From NCBI RefSeq assembly GCF_009914755.1, contig NC_060933.1: 64,000 nucleotides of DNA. One strand, written 5' to 3'. A program made the translations under genes and the position numbers. Numbering within the stretch: position 1 is the first letter of the stretch; the number at the start of each line of letters is the position of its first letter. The DNA is from the human T2T-CHM13v2.0 reference genome, Homo sapiens. Shown here piece after piece: positions 51,415 through 64,000 of this stretch. A model generated the notes under the pieces. It did not search any database and was not told the origin of the DNA. It saw only the letters and a list, made by a program, of their open reading frames with translations.

Positions 51415-52983
51415 TCAGCTCTCATTTAGATTTCTATGTAAATATGCACAGGTGATGTCCATATAGACATAAATAATATTTCTGAAGATGGGACCATATG
51501 ATCTTCAAAATGTAAAATGCCTATCTGTGTAATTGACTGGTTAGTCTCATTAATGAATATAGATTCAATTCTACTTTCTTGTTCTAGATAAATTATATAA
51601 TCTAGCTTTTCATTTCACTTATTTACTGATAACAACGGAAGAATGACAAGATATCTATTTTGGAAAATTACTCTGGTAGGAATAAAGATGAAACAATGAT
51701 AGAATTGCATGGAAAACTAGAAAAAATTATGGTCTTCTGATATTCTATCACATCACATACTAAAGGCCTCATAAAACTCAGATATTTTATCTAAAAATGT
51801 TATTTTCATCATAGGAATGATCAAAGCATGAGACTACAATTGTATGAAAATGTGCTTGTATCACAAGCACAGGTGCTAAAAAGGAGGGGAAAACATCATT
51901 ACTGATATTTTCAATGTATGTTTTACTTTTCATCAACATGAACCTCAACTTGATATGATGCAGATTGAAGGAAATCACCCATAATTCCATATGAAGAAGG
52001 CCTGTGATATTTTATGGGAAAATAAATAGAGAAAATGCTAACAGAAACTCTATTAAGCATGAAGCTTTATGGAGCAAACACAAATCCAGTGGTGAAAGAT
52101 ACACACTCGAGTTCTGTTTGTTGTCTTGGAACAATACGGTTTAGAGGTGACTGGAGGGTGAGGAGAACATATGCGAGTTCACCAAAGAGAAAAGCTGAAT
52201 GAGGCAATGCCTCTTCCTGACCATATCTCTTATCCAGATAACTATATAATTTATTGTCCAGTAAAGGGTATATTAAAAAATCATATTAAAAGTCATGCAG
52301 TGAAGTTGTCCAGGGAAATCAAGACTTAACAGTCTCACTCTGACAATAATGAACAGGGGGATTCCCTCAAGATAGACTAGGACATGACCCCACACTGGCA
52401 GGTAGTAGTACCAGAAAAGAACCCATGGAAAATCTTTACCTTATGCTTGAGGTAAGGACCAGGCTAAAGTGAAAGCCAGACATAAAATTCTATCTAAAAT
52501 AAATCCACAATCGAAGAAAATATGTGGTGTACAGGCATAGAATGTCTTTACTGGATCATTGAAATAGTAAGATAAATTCAACTTTTACATTGTTTTCTTT
52601 TCCTCCAGTTAGGGCTTGAGGTTTGTCTCTGGAGAGTGACCGTCAATTGGAGCCCTGCCTTTCTGGGGTTCTGGTCAGGGGGTTGTGGATGCTTAACATG
52701 TGCCTTTCACAGGACAATTCCTTACTCCAGCAGTGGCCAGGTGTGCATCCCACGACCAGGCCTCCCTCTCACAGAACATCTGTTGAGACTAGGAGATGCC
52801 TGGTGACTGTTGCCTGACCTGTGTCCTGTGTATTTCTGACAAGAGCCACTCTCAGAGACCCTGGCCAGGAGGAGAGTTATGTTCCAGTGTAGGTCAGCTC
52901 AGACACATGGAGGCCACAGAACCAAACATGGGAAATCACAGAAGTAGGTTTATTACTCACAGATCCAGAGAGAGGAGGGTAGC

Positions 52984-53330
52984 TGAGAAGAGGGTTTAGC
53001 TGTGTCCCCAGCCAAATCTCATCTTGAATTCCCACATGTTGTGGGAGGGAGCAGGTGGGAGGTAATTGAATCATGGGGGCAGGTCTTTCCCATGCTGTTC
53101 TTCTGATAGTGAATAAGTCTCACAAGATCTGATGGTTTTATAAAGAGGAGTTTCCCTGCACAAGCTCTCTTGTCTTGTCTGCTGCCATGTGAGACGTGCC
53201 TTTCACCTTGTGCCATGATTGTGAGGCCTACCCAGCCATGTGGAACTGTGAGTGTATTAAACCTCTTTCTTCTAGAAATTACCCAGTCTTGGGCATGTCT
53301 TTACCAGTGGTGTGAAAATGGACTAATACA
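52984..53330 (+). mobile_element. THE1 solo LTR (MaLR)
   Basis: GCTGTGTCCCCAGCCAAATCTCATCTTGAATTCCCAC...GGTAATTGAATCATGGGGGC...GGACTAATACA; 5-bp TSD GTAGC (52979-52983, 53331-53335). Confidence 0.9.
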
Positions 53331-54851
53331 GTAGCACACCTCATAGGGTTGAACAAAATGGGGAAGATGAGTCGGGAGCAGGAGAGAGAAAAGGGGTCTG
53401 TGGGACTCTAGCTTTTATTGGGCCCAGAACATTACCCAAATAAGTTTTCCACAGGGCACTACTTGGTGGGGTGAGTGCCAGCAGGCACATTTCTTGACTC
53501 CCGCTGTAACCAAGCAGGTCACTCTGGCGTGTGGGGGCTGTCCATGTGCGCTGTGAGGTCTCTGGGGTGAGTCAAGTAGGTTGTATCCAACGGTTCCATA
53601 GCTGGTAGTCACCAGGAGGAGGCAACTGTGTAGGGTCAATATCTGGGCCAGCCACACTGAGGAACTGTGAGGGTTAGAACTGGAAATTGTCAAGGGAATC
53701 TGAACCCAGCTACCATATGAGAGAGTTCAACTTATGTTCAATGTGAATGCCATGGCAATATTAAAAGGTAAGAATTCGCTCCATACGTGCTTGAGGTAAA
53801 TAGGAGAAACCTAGAATTTATGTAAACAGTGAGAAGATTGGATGCCTTTTCCGTCACATATTTTAATACTAGCAGCATATTATATATGTGAATCCATCAG
53901 GCATTCAGAAATACATGCTTATGAAAACTTTTTGCACCATCAGACAAAAGACAAGGGTAGAAGACATTTGTAACCCTATAAACACTAGTAAATTAAAAAC
54001 AGAAAGACCGTTCTGTCCTAACATATCTGCGTTGTGAAAGGCTGCCCTGTGAAATACGGGATTTCTTAAACATATTTTAAAAATCATAGGTGTCAATATT
54101 TTTTAGAAATCCATTTAAATTTTCTCTTGCTATTTTACAATGCCTATTTATTTATTTAGTGGCTCTGCTGATTTTGAAGTATATCCTAAACTTTATATTT
54201 TCTTTAAAGGATGTTTTATACAACTTTATGTAAAATGTTTCAATATCTTCACATTCTCTCCCTGTCCTTTTGTTTTACTCTTATATGGTGGTCTTGAGTC
54301 TTTTCTCTGGCTTTCCAAACCTAGTAAGACTAAGACACTAAAGTAACTTTGCCCGTGGTTTGGTAATGCCTTCTAAAGCACATCCTAAGCTCTCGTGCAT
54401 ACAGGGGTCTCCTTTGAGCTCTGTGCTTTTGAGATCCCATATGCCTAAATTCCAGTACTCCAAATCAGTACTGCTCAGTTTTAGTTACTAAGTTTAAAAA
54501 TGTATTTTAATAGCAAGTTAGTTTAGTGCACTCTTGCTTCTTTCTTGACTGCTTGTATACATGTATATTCCTTTAAATGAATCTTGGAATTTATTTAAAA
54601 ATTTTAAATTATACTAATGAAACTGTATATTGTTGTGAATTCATAATTGAATTTGGAAAGAATTTGTCTTTATGATACTAAATCCTTTTTATCCAAGAAT
54701 CATATGTGTCTTTATATTTATTCCAGTCTATATTTATATCACTGAGTAAATATATAGAAATGTAGATACATACAGCTGTAGTTATAGATACAAATATAGA
54801 TATAAACTATTAAATCTATATCTATCCCATATAACATATATACATGTTATA

Positions 54852-54882
<31 letters not shown>

Positions 54883-55666
54883 GTTTATGTTATTAAAGAG
54901 CTCCCTTAAAATTTTTCTTTTATTTCCTATATAATTTTAGGTCGAGCCTGAATTTTCCTTGTATAAACAAGCAAATATTTATACTAGTTTTAATACTGAT
55001 GTTTAGACATTGTATCTTATTTTAGCATTGAATATTTTCACAATTATTATAAATATTATCTAATATTAATAATGTACCTGTTAAAAATATTTAAAATTTT
55101 ACCTTTGAATTATTTTATTGTTGAATTAAAATTCCTTTAATATGATAGTAAATTTCTATTTTATGCTTTCTCTATGCATATGCAAATTAATCTATCCACT
55201 TCTCTATCTCTATGTAGTAACATATGAAAATCAGGCCTCTATTCTTCTAATGGACATACACATGTTTGCATATAGAATATCAGACTCTTTATAGCATTTA
55301 AAATCTTTAAAGACATGAATATTGCCTTTTCACTAATATATTTTAGCATGTACTGAGAATCCCCTATTTATTTTTAATTTGGGCTAATCAATATGATTGT
55401 TAATATTAGCGGATTACCAAATTTGGAAACACACTTTCATCCCCAAGGTGGATATATTTTTTTTTTTTTTTTGCCAATTTCTTGTCTTACTCTTTCAAAT
55501 ATTGTTGGATATTATTTTTATTTTATTTGGCATTTTAGTATCAACATTTGTAATTGATGTACTCTACATATTTTTTCTTCAATATCTGGTGGGTTTTATA
55601 ATTACTGCTATATTGGATTTGTAGTAGACATTGACAAAAATTATTCCTGTATGTTTTATAGCTGTA

Positions 55667-56210
55667 TGAAGGAAACTAATATATTTTACCCCTAAATATA
55701 TTTCCTTGATATATTTCAAAATGGCTATTGAGAAGGGCTGGAAATGCAAACTTAGCTGCGAAGGTGTCTTGGGGAGATTTGCATCAGTAGAGAATCTGCC
55801 TTGATGCAGCCAGGCTTTCTCTGAGGTCTGCCCCATTGTCTGGATCTAGGAAAGGTTAACTGAGAGTCTGAGGTCTCCAAAGGTCTGAAAGAAACATTTT
55901 CTGTCTATTCTCTCTGAGGACTGCTCCCAGTGAGGTTCCACCTATGTAACAAGCCCACTGTTGCTAGCCAGGGTCGTTTTCTCACATAACCTTTTTTTTT
56001 TTTCCCTGTGATCCAAGAACCCATTCTTTCTGTAAACTTCATGTGGTAGATAAGCTTCTGCACGCATCGTGTGTCTGGGTCTTCGTTCTAAGGTCTCCAG
56101 TGTACACACATTGCAGAAACCTGTATGCCTTTTCTACTATTTATCTGCCTCCTATTAGTGATTTTCAGGGAAACTTCAGAAGGCAAAAGGGACATTCTCC
56201 TTTAGCCCAT
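55667..56210 (+). mobile_element. MER39/MER34-family LTR
   Basis: TGAAGGAAACTAATATATTTTACCCCTAAATATATTTC...GGGGAGATTTGCATC...TTGATGCAGCCAGGC. Confidence 0.65.
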
Positions 56211-56964
56211 TCTCAGACAAAATCCCCCAACATTTAACTGATTCCTAATAGCTTAAAATCACTTTGAAAAATCCATATATTTATAACCTTTTCTTCCCTC
56301 TATGATTTCTGGTCAGCTTGGGTTTTGTTTTTCATTCCATTTACTTCATCCTCGAAAAGATCTATTTTACATCTATTTATTCTCATTTATGGACATTGAG
56401 AAAAGAAAATAACTTTCATGTGAGAAATGCAAGTCCTTTTAAATAATCAGGCCCAGAGAGATATTCAAATGAGACAGCAGTTCTGTCCTGCTCCTCTTTG
56501 AGCTGTGTGTTCATCTAGGCTGCTTGCTGTTGCCACAGTAGCTATAAATTAACCAATAACGCCACACCAGACTCTATAATCCACACCCAATAATAGTGTA
56601 ACAGTGTATAGCCAGTCACTAATAAATGTTATTTCCATAAGCCAATGAGAATTTGTGACAAACCTCTTTGCATCATCCCACTTCTGGACCCTTTTTTGCC
56701 TTTAAGAAACTGCTTGTTGCAAAGCTCCAAAGGGAGTTCATATCTAAGGATACTTGGGTCTGTTTCTTCCAGGCAGCTGTCCTCATTTTGGCTCAAGTAA
56801 ACTCTTTGAATTATGTTTTGTGCTTCAGCACCTTCCACTTAGATTAACAACATGGATTTGTGTCACCATGTACGGCAATTAAAATGTTCACACTTTTCCC
56901 CTCGAGGGCACTGATGTGTTTTCCTGAGCACTTGGAATAGCTACGTAGTGTTTACTGTCTAGAT

Positions 56965-57150
56965 TATGGTTTCTCAACCTTGGTGCTACTTGCCTTTAGG
57001 ACCAGAGGATTCTTTGTTGTGGGAGGCTGCCCTAGCAATGCTAGGTGTTTCGTTTGACCTCTAAATTTCACACCTCCACCAGTCTTGACATCCCCACAAT
57101 AACCCTAGACATTGACAAATGTCTCCTGGGGAAAACTCTCCACCAGTTGA
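56965..57150 (+). mobile_element. MER20-like hAT DNA transposon fossil
   Basis: TGGTTTCTCAACCTTGG...ATTCTTTGTTGTGGGAGGCTG...AGACATTGACAAATGTCTCCTGGGG. Confidence 0.65.
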
Positions 57151-58119
57151 CAGGCAAAGTTCTGGAAATATTGGAATTGTCAATTGAGATTTTATGTTAT
57201 CCAAAACAAATATTTTTCTTTGTTTTTAAACATCTAATTCCATCTACTTATCTACTTATTTTTACTTTTATTGGTAACTTAATTCCGTCAAGGAGAGAGA
57301 GTGCATTTTCTGTTATGCTAAATTTTTGAAGAATGTATTGACTTTTTATGACCTGATATATGGATGATACGTAGATATTACATGTTTGTATTATCAAATT
57401 TCAGGGCGATAATAAAATAAATACTTATAATATTTATATTGTCACTGTATATTAGTTATTTTCTTTCTTCACTACAGGAGTTTTTCAACCTATAGGCTAT
57501 TTTTCAATTCTAGGTTATCCAGTAGATTTTGAAATGTTATGATTAAATATCTACTTCTCAAGCATTCATCTTTGCAAATAAAACAATCCCAAGCTCTCAT
57601 AATGCACATCATATAAAGGGCAGATTAGTCAACATATGGTTCAGAAATAATTATGTAATATTTATAATAAAATTAAAAATGTAGATCCTTAACTCAGATA
57701 ACAATAATCCAAATTAAAATTTGATTTCATTACATAATTTAAAATGACACCAGAATACTAGTAAAAATGTAGATAAGTTTATATAATCTTTTTTAGCTGT
57801 AGGACTTTATTAGCATAAATTCAAATACAGAAACCAAAGTAAGATTGAGACCTCTAGTCAAAGGTTAAAATGTACACATTATAGGGGCATGATTAAACTA
57901 ATTTAAAGCATAATAACATGGAGAAATATTGCAAAACCTACATTTTACTGAATTAATTGTTTAATCATTATGTGAGAACCAAATTAAAGAGTAGCTACAC
58001 ACGCACACACCCACACACAAGTGCAATATTCTCAAATAAACGATGTTCAGCTACACTAGAAATCACACCTGTGTTTTCTCCACAGAAAAGATTAAAAATC
58101 ACAATAATATTTATTGTAC

Positions 58120-59055
<936 letters not shown>

Positions 59056-61344
59056 GAGAAAAGACAAATATATAGGTGACAAATAATATTTAGAGTGTAA
59101 GACGCTTTTTAAAGGTATATTTGCAATTTGTGTCAAAAAATTTAAATATACATTTGTTATTTTAACTATAAAATTTCAAATAACTTAAGCCAAATACATA
59201 GTATATGCAGAAAATTTAGCAATATGTCTATGTAGCACCTTACTGTGCATTACTGTAACCAGCCGTCTAATATAAAGAATTAATTAAGGTAGCACCTACT
59301 TTTCAAATAGCGCATTTTTTCACAGACCTATTAAATAAGGCAAATAACATTTAAACTTTATTTTTAAATTTGCAGAATAGTAGTTTTCAGCAGATGGTTT
59401 ATTTTAGCAAATTCCATCTTCACATTGTGCTATGCTTTTATGAGTTCCAGCTGTTAACGGATAATTTTTTACTGCTGAAACTATCATGTGTGATATAATT
59501 GCTCATTATGTGCCTTAAAACACAAGCAATATAATTACTTACAACTTGGAGCAAATTAAAATCTTATCAGCAATTTAAAAACTCTAGAGTCGTCTTTTTC
59601 TGGTTAATTATTTTAAACTTGTATTTTTCTCTTTATGTTTTTAGTGAGTTGTCTTATCAAGGAGAAGAACTCAAGCTGATTATTCCTTTTTTCTCTTCCA
59701 TCCACCTCGCAGGTGTGTTAATAATTTCATTTCTCAGAAAATGTTCTTTCATATCCATCTTACAAGATGAGAGACCTTTTAACATCTTCCATTCGGATGT
59801 GATACCAGTAATGGAAAATATTCCAGCTTCATGAATATGGTGATACAAATAGTTATCCGTCTAACTTCTTTCAGTGCCAAATGTTTACTTTACTCAGTGA
59901 ATTACTCAGTTGACTGGTAATTTCTTCTGAAATCACTAATGAGAGGATCAGAGGTCTGGCTGTTGTCTGTGCCTCATATGACTCCCAGTGCAGACAATTG
60001 TTTCTATGGAGCACAGACAGTTGAAAGGATTGACTTCCTGCCTAGAATAGTTTCTGCTGTGCTTCTTGTCCTTCTTGTGGAGATTTCAGATTATCTGAAT
60101 TGCTTTTCTATCTTGAGAAAAAACGCAACAATTCTCCCAACTGAGAGGAATGTAAACTGTAGTAAGTTAGCTGAACCAATCCGTAAAATTTTTACATTGT
60201 TTGTTGCAAAATGCAGCGCTGGTGTCTCCATCACTAACCTTTTCTATCCCTCATTGCTCTTTCTTTGACTGCACTAGGATACCTCTAGGCAAATCTGTAT
60301 TCCCTAGACAGAGTGCCTTTTTGGTGAGCTATAAGCACACTCAATGGTAGGCTGAAATACTAGCTTTTATCTATGGCGAAATGGAATCATATCAGTGATT
60401 TTTTTAAAAAGGAAATTTAACTCTTGCTATGGTTTGAATGCTTGCCCCTTCCAATCTCATGTTAAAATTTGATCCCCAATGTTGCAGGTGGGGCTTACTG
60501 GGAGGTGTTTGGTCATGGGGTTGGACCTTCATGAATGGATAATACCCTCCCTTAGAAATCTAAAGCTATCCTCCCGTATGTTACACTGCTGCATATTGTC
60601 TGACGTATCAGTGAGTTTCTGGCTTTCTTACTTTAGTTTACCCTTTGTCCTTTAGTTTGTAAAGCTTCTATTTTTTTCTATAAATTTTCTGATGTTAGGG
60701 TAAAATCCATTACTTATTCAATCTCATGGAATTTTTATTTCAAATTTTTTTCATCTATACATGTCCCATTTTTCATTTTATAACTATTTTTCTCCTATGT
60801 TCAATTTTCATTTAAGTACCTTGACATATATATGTATTTATCTATATGTATTTATAAAATATATTTACTTTAAGGACCTTGAAATTTCCTTCTTTTCTGT
60901 CATTTATAAATGACTTATTTTTATCCTGTTAATATATATCTTAATTATATACATCTTACGGCTTCTTTGCATGTCAGAGGTTTTTTTTGGGTATTTTGAT
61001 GTTATGCTATTGAATATCTAGATTTTATTGGCTACCTTTGAACAATGTTGTGGCAGGCAGTTCAGTAACTTCAGGATGAGTATTTGTCTGTTGTTGTTTT
61101 AAATCTTCTCTTTAAACTTTGTGGAGTGAGTCTAGAGCCATCTGTAATTTGGAGCTAAATGAGCACTGTTACTAGGGCATGAACCTCCAGTGGTCTTTAC
61201 TGAATATCCTGGAGGTACAGAGGGGATTCCCTTCTCTGATTAGAATTTGGAATATAAAGAGAAAAGAGAAAAATAGAAAGCTATGCATAAACACGTGCAT
61301 TAAAATGAATTTTATGTGGGCTTTTTCATGAAAATGTTCCAAAG

Positions 61345-62010
61345 GTATTTTATTTTTTTATTGTGGTAAAATACATATAAAATGTACTCTGTTAACCATT
61401 TTAAGTGTACAGTTCAGTGGTACTAAATATAGTCATAACATTGTGCAGCCGTCCCTACCATCCATCTCCATAATTCTTTTCATCTTGTAAAACTGAAACT
61501 CTATACCCATTAAACAATACTTCCCCATTTCTTCCTCCCCCCAGCTTCTGGCAACCATCATTGTACCATCTCTATGATTCTGACCACTTTAATACAAATG
61601 GAATTATACTGTATTTGTCCTTCACTGACTAACTTATTTCACTTGGCATAATATCCTCAAGTTTCATCCAAGTTGCAACATATGTCAGAATATTTCCCTC
61701 ATGTTTAAGGCTGAATAATATTCCATTGTATGCCTATATCATATTGTGCTTATCCATTCATCTGTTGTTGGACACTTCAATTGCTTCTACGTTTTAGCTA
61801 TTGCCAATAACGCTGCTGCAAACATGGATGTGCAAATATTTTTTCAAGACTCTGCTTTCAATTCTTTTGCTATCCTGAGATGTGGCGCTGCTGAATCATA
61901 TGGCAATACCATTTTGATGTTTTGAGGAACTACCATACTCTTTTCCACAGCAAACATAGCGTTTGGCATTCCCTCCAATACTGCAAAACGAATCGCCACA
62001 TCCTTGCCTG
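61345..62010 (-). mobile_element. L1MB-like 3' end
   Basis: TTGTGGTAAAATACATATAA...TTAACCATTTTAAGTGTACAGTTCAGTGG...TTGAGGAACTACCATAC. Confidence 0.8.
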
Positions 62011-64000
62011 TGGATTTTATTCACAAGTCCTGTGGCTCTCTCTACAACCCGGCCACCATGTGTTATTTCCTGTTTATGTATATGACATCAAAGGTGCAGG
62101 AAGTAATGAACTAAATTGGAAGGATAAACATGTAGAAAAATAGAGGTAAATACTGACTACATAAAACCATAAGAATAAGAATTTTGGATGATCTATCTAT
62201 TATATACCTATTTATCTAACATCTATCTGTTCTTAAAATATCTGTAATTAAAATATATTACAGTTAGAGAACAGAGGAAAAAGTAGGAATACATGAATTT
62301 AAATTTTAATTCTTCTTAGATTGTCTCACAGCATCATTATAGGAAAGAAAATTTATAGGTCAATATCTGTTAACTATAAATGTAACATTCTTAAAGAATT
62401 CAAATACATTGAATTACAGCATGAATAATATATTACAATCCATTCAAGTTTATTTTATTCCAGGAAAACAAAAATACAAATTTCATTTGCAATTCAAAAA
62501 AAAAGAAATCGATACATATGATTGATGTATGTACACACTTAATGTATTTTTAAATATACATTTTTAAAAAATAGAAATTTTTCTAGGACAAATACTTAAA
62601 ATATCACTGAAAATAGTGTTATTAGCTAATACCTTCCTAATAACTCTGGTATTACATAAGAAACCAAAATTAAAATTTCAGGTAAACTTAGAAACTAAAA
62701 ATTTTAAAAATATTATTCTGTTCTCCATATGTTCATATTTAATATTATTTCTTCTTTTCATTCGTCTTCAGTGTTGCTCTACTAAAATATAACATACAAT
62801 ACTAACTTTTGATTTCTGTTCTTATTACTCAGAATTGTATACATTTTCTCATGCTCTTAATTTAGTTATGCTACTTTTCTGTACTGTTGGAATTTTCACA
62901 TTTGTGTTCACTCTCTTTTGAGTTCCCACAGTATCAAATGAGCTTTTTTCCCTCTTTCTGATTTGAAGATTCATCTTCTCATAATTATTTTGTCCACTCA
63001 GTTTTTTTTCATTATCAGTTAAGTGCCTCTCATCTGGCTTCTTTTCATTTATAAGGTTTCCTTTCATCTTAAGCCAGTCTTTCATTTATATTTTGATTCT
63101 GTTTTGTGGAGGACATGCTTCCCTGAATTTTATGGAAGAGGCCAAAAGGTTTGCTCAAGTTTTTACCTGATACATTGGATTAAATTATCTAATGTACACA
63201 CTTTTAATTTAAGTCTAGGGGCGACTGTCTACTCTTGATTTTGTATAGTATTATTTTTCTTAACATCCAAGTCCATCTTCATCTATTTGTATAAGATCAA
63301 TAAAAATATATTTGTCCAGAACCCTGCTTTGGCGGAGTCACTTCTTTCTAAGTAGTAGAGGTAGCAGTTGAGACATGAGCTGGGTTCTGGGTCAGTTTAG
63401 AGGGCTGGGCGACATTCCTCCTTTTGGTCTGTATGACTGAATGAATGCAGTTCTTGCTGTCTCGCTCCTCTCCTTAACACATTGAGCCACTGCAGCAGAT
63501 AAGAAGGAATAATCTTGATCTGCCATTCAGGTGGAACACATGTTCTCTCCAACCACACCCATAGGTTGTACTCACACTCGGCCAGAAGGTATCCTGTCAA
63601 TGATATGGAGATGTATCTATCTATCTAGATAGATATCTACTTTGGTTTATGCTCTCTGGTTGCCCGCAAATTATCTCCTTAAATTGAATATCAAAAGAGA
63701 GCTTGGTGATGGCAGTGTTATAAAATCCTCAAAATGCAGCACCCATACCCAGAGGAATTTGTAGATTCTGAGATTCTAATTCAGATACCAAACTATATAA
63801 AAGGGGAATTGGTCATTGAGGGTTGCTAGGCTCTTTGTTGAGCATATATGCTCTTTTCATGACTTCGAAATTATTTTAAAAATCTAAACTTTTTCTCAGT
63901 GTGCTGCAAGATGATTTGATTTGAATGCATAAGCAGTAATTCTCCCCTAAGATTTGTACAATATATTTGCTCTGACAAGCGATAGCCAGCAACTCACTTC

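Noticed and set aside
62849-63085. 78-aa basic ORF on the minus strand
   Set aside because: Most likely a decayed old L1 ORF1 remnant; no splice or promoter context.

Overview
Hominid (human-like) repeat-rich genomic DNA with no intact protein-coding gene. It reads as a pericentromeric segmental-duplication mosaic. From left to right: a frameshifted TRIM43-like RING/B-box exon (minus, ~2.6-3.0 kb); an isolated NAALAD2-like exon (~23.5 kb); an internally deleted HERV-L provirus whose 3' MLT2A LTR holds a second, inverted MLT2A solo LTR (24.7-29.3 kb); an IGKV1 orphon-type pseudogene with a near-canonical 12-RSS (30.3-30.9 kb); a highly decayed, divergently oriented V-kappa relic (~31.9-32.2 kb); and a ~0.9 kb GC-rich (CAAAAAGCCGCGGCGG)n array (38.05-38.93 kb). 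After that come ~25 kb of AT-rich LINE/LTR/Alu sequence. Almost all ORFs in the supplied track are repeat-derived. I see no convincing new biological system. The best leads are the nested inverted LTR, the mismatched provirus flanks, the RSS-bearing orphon near a G-rich array, and several DUX4/zygotic-genome-activation-type elements. Gene and repeat-family names come from recognition by eye, not database searches, and most repeat boundaries are approximate.
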